A DNA stretch of 63,939 nt, the filler included, from Lenisia limosa (taxonomy: Eukaryota; Protista; Breviatea), in NCBI GenBank assembly GCA_001655205.1. It is 11 parts of 11 records of this genome, joined end to end, with 100 filler letters (N's around TTAATTAATTAA, not from the genome) between each part and the next. Parts side by side here need not be neighbours in the genome. Positions count along the whole stretch, not along the records: positions 1 to 4,094 come from LPNZ01003744.1; positions 4,195 to 7,691 come from LPNZ01001948.1; positions 7,792 to 15,329 come from LPNZ01008085.1; 8 more parts are not named here. One strand, 5' to 3'. Under the pieces are notes generated by a model, which saw only the letters and a list, made by a program, of their open reading frames with translations, did no database searches and was not told where the DNA came from. Position 1 is the first letter of the stretch, and every line of letters starts with the position of its first letter. Position numbers and translations under genes: made by a program. Shown piece by piece: positions 1 to 9,397 of the stretch.

Positions 1-418
1 TGTTCATGGGGTGATCAAAGAGGTTACCTTACAACAAAAAAAAAACACAATATATCAGATCGTATTAGTTGGTTCTTCGGGTGTAATCAACATATTCAGC
101 CCGAGGTTTCTGTTTCACGTTTCAGATTCGTAAGCTTGATACTTGCACCACCCGCATGACCCACGACTTCTTCCTCGCCTATTCCTCAAACGGTTCGTTT
201 GACCTCCTCTGCTGAACATGAAAGACAATATCGATAAATGAAGAGGATTTCTTTTGGAAACAAAGTGCCCAATAATCATAATCACGTCCATTTCACCTCT
301 CGTAGACTGCCTGACTCTGAAGCATCTCTGCACCCCGCGGCCCGTGCCCAAATGTTGGTTCCGGGAGAGGGGAAGTACAGATCAAACTCAATCTGGCCAC
401 CAAGAAAAGGTGAACATC

Positions 419-3256
419 ATGACCACTTCTGACGCCCTAGTGTTCAAGGCCCTGGTGCCCTTCCTTGGAACAGCGGTGCACAAAAGTCTGCACCCAGGTT
501 ACGGCGGCGAGGCTCAGCCCNNNNNNNNNNNNNNNNNNNNNNNNNNNNNNNNNNNNNNNNNNNNNNNNNNNNNNNNNNNNNNNNNNNNNNNNNNNNNNNN
601 NNNNNNNNNNNNNNNNNNNNNNNNNNNNNNNNNNNNNNNNNNNCTGTTTTTTCAAGCTCTAAGCAACGCCCACTAAGTCCATGATTCGATGCAGTCATCT
701 GATCCACTTTCCTGACCCTGTAGCGACAACCAGGTGGCCATTGGCAAGCCAGATGTGATTATCCCGTCATCGGAGTTCTCGCAGTACATTGATGAGCTGT
801 GCAAGGAGCAGGAGGTATGGCCTTGGCAACTCGATTCTGAGCTGACGTCGCATATTTGTTCTTATGCTCTCCTGTCAAACTATTCATCGAAACTTCCTCC
901 CCTCCGTGCTTTGTGTTCCTTTTGTTCCTGTTTATTAAGTTCGGACTTTACCCCCCAGGCGAGGATGTTTGTTGTGTTGTTTTCAACCTCGTGTGTTCCT
1001 CAAAACCAACAGAATTGATTGTAATTTTTTTCATGTTTTATTTTTTACACAACAATCGAATTTACTCCACCAGGACGAGTCAAGCGATCTGCACCAAAGA
1101 CGGCGAGTGCGTCTTGAGAAGATGGTGACAGGCCCTATGCCGACTTACGCGGGAATGACACCTGAAATCTGGGCCGAGTGTGTCAAGGTGAGCGGCATTT
1201 AGTATTTAAATAAACCCCCTGGATCCGAACTTTGGGGTTAGCAAGCTGTCAGGAGATCATGCCGTCTCGTTTTAAAAAATACATACGCAGGAATCCAATT
1301 ACGCTTTCCTGGACGCCAGTTGATCTGCACCACCATATCAATGATTCCACCCCTCGCGATCTGACGACCAGGTGTGGAAGGACAACCTCGTGGCCTTTGA
1401 CGAGAGGGCCGAGTGGCTCAACGAAAGACGGGCGAAGCAGCGGAGTCATCTTGAGGAGGCCCGCAAGCACCAATCCAAGGTGAGCGAAATGTCATTTTTT
1501 TTTTTTTTTTTTTTTTTTNNNNNNNNNNNNNNNNNNNNNNNNNNNNNNNNNNNNNNNNNNNNNNNNNNNNNNNNNNNNNNNNNNNNNNNNNNNNNNNNNN
1601 NNNNNNNNAAAGAAATAATGAATTTTGGGTAACTTTTTTGGAAAACATATTTGCATATTGGCCTTTTTAGAAGTGTTCTTCTTGCCATAAAGCAGTGACA
1701 AACGTGGCTGACTGTCCAGGTTGAGGGCGTCCTTGCTTCAGAGACTGAGAAGTTCCGCAACGACGTTGAGACCGAAAGATTGGAAAACAGCAAAAAGTGG
1801 CGCAGGGAGGAGGTGAGTAGTGGTTGACTTCGCTGGCAAAATATCAATTGGATTAAACCTTAACAACAAGAAATATAGTATAATCAGTTATACCTAATTT
1901 AATTACTGGGCTTTAACTACAACCGAATACTGACATTGCAGAACGCTCTTGATGCTTACCGCCACAATCTGACAGAGAAGGGCGATGTACTTGTTTACTC
2001 GTAAGCCTTGGTTACTGTTTTCTTATCGCCAATGTCTTGGATAAAAACACAATAAAAATTAATTATTTTACATTCGTCAAAGTGGCTTTCTCTTTATAAT
2101 GCCTATCCCAGGTCTACACACGATGATGAGGCTCTGTGGCACGTGCCAACCATGGCGGGAGAAGCCCGGACCGTAGAGGAGAACATGGAACTGGCAGCCA
2201 AGTGTCCCGTTATGGTAAGTGGCTGTTGGAGCTTCACTTTTTTTTTTGGTACTGTCAGATTTTGTTTTTGAGAATACAAGTGAAGCACTCACTTCCGTTC
2301 TTCCAGGTTGTCTTTGGTGAACCACCTTCGGCAGTCACTTCGATAATGGGCATGAAGAACGCGCCCCCCATGTTTGTTCGATTGATGCCCTTGTCGGACT
2401 CGAAGCTTCTTTCCGTCACNNNNNNNNNNNNNNNNNNNNNNNNNNNNNNNNNNNNNNNNNNNNNNNNNNNNNNNNNNNNNNNNNNNNNNNNNNNNGTTTG
2501 GGCAAACTTAGACCGGTATAACATCGATATATCAAGGACCAGCGTTAGGTCCTTGTGAGTAGTTCTTTGAACCCTTTCTGACCCTGTAGTGTGAAGTTCA
2601 ACCCATCAGTGCCTCGGTCCATCTCGAAGCTTGTGTGCATCCCGAGCTCCTGTGTAGTCAATGTGGTGGGTGATGGTGTTTGGGGATGTTTGGGAGGCAC
2701 GCTGCAAGCTGTGGTGATAGTGGTAAAGTGCGAAATATCATCATTTTTATTGTGAAGGCAGTTTTTGCCAGAGTCATACATTTGCTGTGTCATGTTGTGT
2801 CTTTGATATGGCTACGCTATGGTCATTGCTGACGTCTTAGTCCACTGCGGGTTTGCTGATCCGTCACGCTGCCTTCGTCTTCTCTCGAGCAACCCAGCTG
2901 AGTACCAACCCTATCTTACCGTGGGGGGGGGGGTATCTCGATTCAAAAACGGTTCTTTTGCTGGCTTCCTTTGATAAATTCCCATATCACCCTCCATTTG
3001 TCTTTCTATCGGCATTTCTCTTCCCTCCCAAGCTGATTACTACAATTCGGCAATAACAATAGCTGACCTCCCCAGGCATCAGATCCGTGCGGCCTACCTC
3101 CGCGAGCTGCTCAACCGAGCCAGCATGCCATCCGAGGCCTACGAATTCTACCTCTCCATGCTGGTTGAGAAGCCCATCGGAATCCCGCTGCCGTGTCCAT
3201 GGCCTGCGTATGAGATCAATAAGGAGCTGACTGCTGCGGTGGCAGAGTGCAAGTAG
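419..3256 (+). CDS. Multi-exon hypothetical protein (5' end uncertain, internal N gaps)
   Basis: GT-AG bounded exons join in frame, e.g. VAIGKPDVIIPSSEFSQYIDELCKEQE / DESSDLHQRRRVRLEKMVTGP / VWKDNLVAFDERAEWL / ...HQIRAAYLRELLNRASMPSEAYEFYLSMLVEKPIGIPLPCPWPAYEINKELTAAVAECK-TAG(3256). Family not recognised. Confidence 0.6.
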
Positions 3257-3631
3257 TCGTGTTGTGTCTATTTTGAATGTTATTATCTTCCTTTTGAATT
3301 GGGATATTGTTAATTTTCCAAAGGATGTTTTTACATTTTTCGGTTGCCCTTAGCAAGCGAAGCCCTTAGCTGTGGCATGGTGACAGTTATTAACCCCAGT
3401 ACCTCAGTATTTCTTTCTTATTCATTACCTGGGAGAAGTGTTATATGTGGACTTGGCATCCCCCAGCAAAATTTATTATTTATGAAGAAATTCAGTTGCA
3501 CGTGGTTATTGAATTATTGTGGATTGTGGAATAGTTTTATTGAGGGGAGAGAAATCGTATAAATCTATATATCCAGTAAAAGGCGACGAAGAGGAAAAGA
3601 AACCGGCTTCCTAACGGTAACAGTTTCCACG

Positions 3632-4054
3632 ATGCCTGGTCCCGAGAACTGGCCTGCCAGGTACATCCAAGAGAAGCTTGGCAAGCTTGGTGTTGAGTTT
3701 CCGGCCGGAAAGAGCAAAAAGTTCTATCTTGATCTTTACCTCAACAATCTTGAAGGGTCAAGCGAGCCTCCTGCTACCCCCATTGTGCCAAAGCCTTCTC
3801 CAGTCAAAAAACCAGCTCCTAAAGTGATAGCCACTGGCAAAGGCAGCACTGAGCCGCCAGCAGCCAAGACACTCACAGATGAAGAGCTTGTGAAGGCAGT
3901 TAAGAGAGTTGGCGGCTTCATCAGCGCTGGAATGCGCAAGACAGAGAAGGAGAAGGTATACAACACCTTGGTTGTTGATGAATGGAGAAAGTACAATTCG
4001 AACACTGTCAGTACCCCGAGGACACCACGAAGGATGAGCACTCCAACTCCGAAG
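3632..4054 (+). CDS. First exon of a LEM-like (HeH) + LEM domain nuclear-envelope protein; truncated by scaffold end
   Basis: MPGPENWPARYIQEKLGKLGVEFPAGKSKKFYLDLYLNNL resembles the LAP2 LEM-like motif (V.LPAG...K..Y..LYL..L). After a P/K linker, LTDEELVKAVKRVGG resembles a LEM start. Donor GTTTGT at 4055. Confidence 0.6.
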
Positions 4055-4138
4055 GTTTGTAACTGTTTTCTGGTTTATGTTAATCCCCTTCACCNNNNNN
4101 NNNNNNNNNNNNNNNNNNNNNNNNNNNNNNNNNNNNNN

Positions 4139-4150
4139 TTAATTAATTAA
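4139..4150. other. Artificial scaffold linker N44-TTAATTAATTAA-N44 (also at 7736, 15374, 19723, 34362, 38315, 42012, 47434, 59782, 61664)
   Basis: The identical 12-mer, with stops in all six frames, always sits between N runs totalling 100 bp with it. Ten occurrences. Confidence 0.97.
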
Positions 4151-4194
4151 NNNNNNNNNNNNNNNNNNNNNNNNNNNNNNNNNNNNNNNNNNNN

Positions 4195-6184
4195 CACGCC
4201 CTGGACCATGATGTCGCGGATGTCACGCCTCTGAAGCCCCTTCATTGTGCACTGCGGCTTGATCCCGGTCGGAATGCGTTCTTGGATCAGCTGAGATTGA
4301 TGAAAAACCGGGTTTCATTCAATTGTACTCCCACATTATACTCCAATTTATTTTCTCATGCTCAAAAAAAGGATATTTCCCTCTAAATTGTGGAAAAGGA
4401 GTGTGCTTCAAAAACCAACCTCGCAAATTTTCGGCAAATGCTCTTGTACGTCTTCTCTATTTAAATTGGTTCTGATGAGACGAACACCTGCGGAGGAAGA
4501 GATATAAAAAAAATATCCAAAATAATACAAACAAAAAAGAATCATAACCGCCGCACCGCAATTGATATCGTAGCCCACGCCGCCGGGAGAAACTATTGAG
4601 CCGTCACGGTCGCAGTCGTAGGCGGCAACATTGCCGATGCAGAAGCCGTACCCGCTGTGGATGTCGGGCATCGCTACTGGGGACTAGGGGGGGGGGGGNN
4701 NNNNNNNNNNNNNNNNNNNNNNNNNNNNNNNNNNNNNNNNNNNNNNNNNNNNNNNNNNNNNNNTTTAGATGAAGAATTTAGCATAAAGGTACTCATCACG
4801 AACCAAATAACTGACATTCAAAAAATAAAAATAAAAAGAGAAAATTTATGAAACAAAACATAAAATCCACTCAGGCTCAATATTTGAGAAATATTCCAGA
4901 TATTGGTCGTCCCACCTTGACAACACCCGGGAGAGAGGCCGCGTTTGCCAGTTGTTTCAAGGCTGGAATGAAGCCTCCACATTGGTCACTGCAAAACTGC
5001 TCCAATTCCCTGGACTGTTACTCCCAATAAGACAATTCACAGGGTATTTCCCGATATGGTAGTGTAATTTGATTGAACCTATTGTTCCTTCGTCAATGGA
5101 GATATAGTATATGCATATAATGATACTTTAAAAAATAGCCTGAATGTTGTTATTGCCAACACAGAGTAGCCTGATTTAGTATATTGTGATATTTCCGTTC
5201 TTTTTCTTTTCCAGCGATTCGCCCATCTTTTCCAGCAAAAAGCACCGATTTGTCCCATCTTTTCCAGCAAAAAGCACCGATTTGTCCCATCTTTTCCAGC
5301 AAAAGCACCGATTTGTCCCATCAGCATAAAGCACCGATTTATCCCACTTATTGAGTTTCTCCTCGAGGATGTCATCGACATAGAATCGTACGGGAGCCTA
5401 AATGCGTGAATTGGCGCATAAAAAATTAAAAAGGAAAATATGAACCTTCGTAAAAAAAATTCCACATAAGAAAGTAAAGGAAAAACAAGGTATAATGATG
5501 TTCATGAAAACACCCAATAGAGACTGTCTCAAAACGACCTGGTATTACTTGTATTATTAAAAAGAGACAAAAAAAAAATTGTATTATAAAACACAACCCC
5601 ATTTTTAGATTTGTGCAATAAGTTTTCTTACATTTTGGCCTGGGACAAAGTTGGGGGCAATCTCCGCACCTGTTAAATAATAATATATAGCAATGAGAAA
5701 TAAAAAATAAGGTTGTATCTGGCCGAAGCACACAGTAATAATAGTAAATATAAAGTTGGTAAAAATGTTGATTTCAACTTGTGTTCGAGTTGAAAAGATG
5801 TACAGAGGATTGATCCCGAGAGTATAAATGATGAGAGATGTGGTCAACATTATATGTGGATGATTGGAAAATGAAAGTCCACTTACAATTGGCAGAGATT
5901 CGAGTTATGAACTTCTTCTCTTCCTCATAAGACCTTTTTTCTTGTTCCCTGATTTGGACACTTGGGATTTTGGAAACAGCATCCTTTTCTTGTTGGTTTT
6001 TCTTCTGTCGCCTTTCCTTCAACTCAAGCTTCCTCTTCTCCTTCTCAAGCTGTTTTGGAGTCTTTTTAACAACATCTTCGGCATTCTCAGTATCCTTGGC
6101 CTTCACATTTGGCGGTTGTTGAGGACCATCTTGCTGCACTGCATCCTCAGGTCGCCTTTTGAGATTGACAGCTTCCTCCACCAT
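4195..6184 (-). CDS. RTCB: RNA-splicing ligase RtcB, eukaryotic type, with N-terminal extension; 3' end truncated
   Basis: Spliced exons give [29 protein letters not shown] / [17 protein letters not shown] / [31 protein letters not shown] / [17 protein letters not shown]...[12 protein letters not shown] / VRLIRTNL / LIQERIPTG. Metal-binding PDIH and DINCG motifs are intact. Confidence 0.96.
5215..5340. repeat. ~31-32 bp tandem repeat in an RtcB intron
   Basis: About 4 copies of AGCAAAAAGCACCGATTTGTCCCATCTTTTCC. Confidence 0.85.
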
Positions 6185-6452
6185 TGTCACGTGTGGGGGG
6201 TAAGGCAATCAGCGACTAAGCGTGTCAAAAATCTTGTTCAGTAGACAATATTGACAAGATTGGAGATTGGGAGAAAGGAAAGGCTTTACTTTTCTTTTCT
6301 CGAGGATTAAAAAGGAGATTGCGCTGGCGCATTTTGCGTCACCTTATTTGTTTTTGTTTTTCAAAAAAACGTCCCTTTTTTGCCTTTAACAGCGAACTAA
6401 GTACATTAGAAGGTTGTTTATTGTTAGTTCGTAGTTTTGTCAACAAGTTAGA

Positions 6453-7598
6453 ATGTCTTTCCGCGGTCGTGGAGGATTTGGTGGACGTGGTGGTCGTGGT
6501 GGTGGACGCGGAGGCTGTTTGTGGGGATTCAAACGGATAAATTGACTTGGTGCTCTTGTGACTTTGACCCCTTTGTAGTTGCCCGCGCTGACAATGGTCC
6601 CCCTGAAGAAGTTATTCGTAAGAGGAATGATTAACGCGATTTTGAAGAATAAAGCATTTTCCCTTTTCCCATCCAGGTAATTTTAACCCTTCTAGTTGCC
6701 GGTGTTTACAAGCATGAGTGCGAGGGTGAGCTTGTTTGCGAAGCTAAGCTCGAGGATGTCGTCCCCTACTTCAACGGTGTCGCCTGTCGCTCTGACAAGT
6801 CTGTCATTGGCAAAATTGACGAGATTCTTGGCCCCCTTAACAAGATGGTAAGTTATACGGTCATCTGAGACTCTCTTACTCCTTCTAGTTCTTCACCGTG
6901 AAGTGCAGCGATGGTATCCAGGCCAGCAGTTTCACCGTAAGCAATTCATTTGAGCTTACATCACAACCTTTTGTCCCGAAACGACTTCGCTCTTCAGATC
7001 TCTCTGTGATCTTCACCTTCTTCTAGGCTGGTGATGAGGTCTACATCGACTCCAGCAAGACCCTTCCTCTCGCTCGCTTCCTTCCCCAGCCTAAGGGCGC
7101 TCCTGCGTAAGCCAATCATCAAGAAAACCGATGATGTTCCATTAATCTTGCTTCTGCAGTCGCCCCTTTCCTATGTTTTTTCTGACCCTTTCTTTAGTCC
7201 CAAGAAGCGCGGTGGTGCCAGAGGTGGTGGACGTGGCGGCGGACGTGGTTTGTGGGGTCTTCTGGGGTACTCTTGAACAATGGTGAACTGCAGGGGCCTT
7301 ACTTGAGCATCTCTACTCTGTTTTCTAGTTGCTTTGCTCTTGGTTATTTGAAGAACATCTTCTCTCCTACTTTGCATTTTCCTTGATTCCTATGTTTGCT
7401 TTTCACCATTTGAAACGTGCTATCATCTTTCCTCTTCTCGCATACATCATTCTCACCCTTATCCCCATTCTAATACAGCCCTTTAAACTCATCATACGAG
7501 TACAATCCCTTTTCTAACCCCGCCCCCAGGCCGTGGTGGTGGATTTAGCCGTGGACGTGGCGGTGGAGGAGGATTCGGACGCGGCGGCGGAGGACGTG
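6453..7598 (+). CDS. GAR1: H/ACA snoRNP protein Gar1; 3' end truncated
   Basis: RGG-rich N- and C-terminal exons flank the core GPPEEVI / GVYKHECEGELVC...VPYFNG...IGKIDEILGPLN / FFTVKCSDGIQASSF / GDEVYID..KTLPLARFLP. Confidence 0.96.
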
Positions 7599-7922
7599 GT
7601 GAGGGGTCAATGGGTTCATGTGTGTAGTCTGTTTTTTTTTGTTTTTTTTTTAGTTATTAACCGGGGTGTTCTGTATAATACATCAGTTCTCNNNNNNNNN
7701 NNNNNNNNNNNNNNNNNNNNNNNNNNNNNNNNNNNTTAATTAATTAANNNNNNNNNNNNNNNNNNNNNNNNNNNNNNNNNNNNNNNNNNNNGCAGCTTCT
7801 TTTCCTCCGTCCATCCTGCAGGTCTTCTTGTCGTCAATTTGCTTGGAGGTGACAGACCATACGAATCATGCTACTTTTCTGGCCAGGTTGGGGACTGTTT
7901 CAACGAATAAATAGGATGGGGG

Positions 7923-8022
7923 TAGGGCTTCACTTCGGTTCAAAATATTCCGGTAAAATATCTGTAATTTTCGAGGATTTATCGATAAATTCAGTCTTTT
8001 TTCGAACCGAAGTGAAGCCCAA
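7923..8022. mobile_element. MITE family A copy (hAT-like)
   Basis: TIRs TAGGGCTTCACTTCGGTTC...GAACCGAAGTGAAGCCCAA with a TCGA-rich interior. No clear TSD. Confidence 0.8.
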
Positions 8023-8145
8023 GTGGTGGTGGGTGTATTGTGATTTAGGAGAAGGGGGTCATTGTGATGGGTGGGGAAGTCGATATTCATCAGAGATATT
8101 GGCAATTCAGTCTTTTTGGCATGAAAGTGAAGCTCCTGTTTTTTA

Positions 8146-8328
8146 TAGAGCTTCACTTTTGGTTTCAAAAAAGACTGAATTCTCGATAAATCCTCGATAA
8201 ATATCGATATATCCTGGCTACATTTCGACATTTCCTGGATACATTTCGACATTTCCTGGCTACAGTTCGACATATCCTGGCTAAATTACGATATTTTACA
8301 TATCTTTTGGACCGAAAGTGAAGCGCTG
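8146..8328. mobile_element. MITE family A copy expanded by an internal 21-bp tandem repeat
   Basis: TAGAGCTTCACTTTTGG...CCGAAAGTGAAGCGCTG. The interior has 3-4 copies of CCTGGCTACATTTCGACATTT. Confidence 0.7.
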
Positions 8329-8679
8329 TATTTCACCCGAGTAGGTACTTGACCTTCCACTAGTCATGAGCTCGTCTATGCTGGAGCAAGTTTGGGGGGG
8401 GGGTAAACAAAGGAAATTTCGTAAAGGTACTAATCATGAACCGAATAATCTGANNNNNNNNNNNNNNNNNNNNNNNNNNNNNNNNNNNNNNNNNNNNNNN
8501 NNNNNNNNNNNNNNNNNNNNNNNNNNNNNNNNNNNNNNNNNNNACTATAATGTTTTGACCACAGTCCTGACACTATTAACTAAAGACAAAGCTCAGTATC
8601 CGTGTTAGGACTTATTGCAGTTATGACATCTTACTTCTGCATGCTTTGAAGCAATTCACGGTTTATCGTTGTTTAAAAA

Positions 8680-8779
8680 TAGAGCTTCACTTTCGGTTCC
8701 GAAACACTTGTAAAATATCGATATTTATCGAAGATTCATCGAGAATTCAGTCTTTTTTGGAACCTAAATTGAAGCTCGG
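8680..8779. mobile_element. MITE family A copy with perfect 8-bp TSD
   Basis: TTTAAAAA|TAGAGCTTCACTTTCGG...GAAGCTCGG|TTTAAAAA. Confidence 0.88.
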
Positions 8780-8831
8780 TTTAAAAAGCAACAACTGATA
8801 AATTGCCAAAATACAATCAGAACTCTACCAA

Positions 8832-8918
8832 CCCTCGTGTGTCGCAGTGAGTTGCAGCCATGAAAGCTTGGTCCTAACTCTACAGGTGTCGCAGGGAGTT
8901 GCAGCCATGAAAGCCTGG
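8832..8918. repeat. ~47-bp tandem repeat running into an N gap
   Basis: GTGTCGCAG(T/G)GAGTTGCAGCCATGAAAGC(T/C)TGG occurs twice, then a gap. Confidence 0.7.
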
Positions 8919-9397
8919 NNNNNNNNNNNNNNNNNNNNNNNNNNNNNNNNNNNNNNNNNNNNNNNNNNNNNNNNNNNNNNNNNNNNNNNNNNNNNNNNNN
9001 NNNNNNNNNNNNNNNNNNNNNNNNNNNNNNNNNNNNNNNNNNNNNNNNNNNNNNNNNNNNNNNGGGGACAATGACGTTTTTTTAAAGAGCGAACCTTTTT
9101 AGACAAGCCCAAATTTTGTTTGGTAGAATAGAGTAACTCCCAGGTGGCTTGGTACGTAGATACTAGGAATCTGTGCAAATAATTGAATAATAATTTCAAA
9201 AAGTGAAGTTGAACATATCGTAACGCGAACTCTATTGGAGACACTTCCATTACAAATTTTGTCAATATTCCCATCAGATTAATTACACGGATACAGTAAA
9301 TTCTGAATTATCTGTGGTTGTACCAGAGAGTCCCTTTCGATTTGACATGAATATTCGTTCTCGATAAATTCTCGTTTATAAGTTTCTGATATTCTAG

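Noticed and set aside
4139-4150. TTAATTAATTAA as a conserved biological element
   Set aside because: It is always centred in exactly 100 bp with Ns and has stops in all six frames, so it is an assembly linker.
5864-6244. Plus-strand hydrophobic 126-aa ORF
   Set aside because: It is the antisense shadow of the Lys/Glu-rich RtcB first exon.
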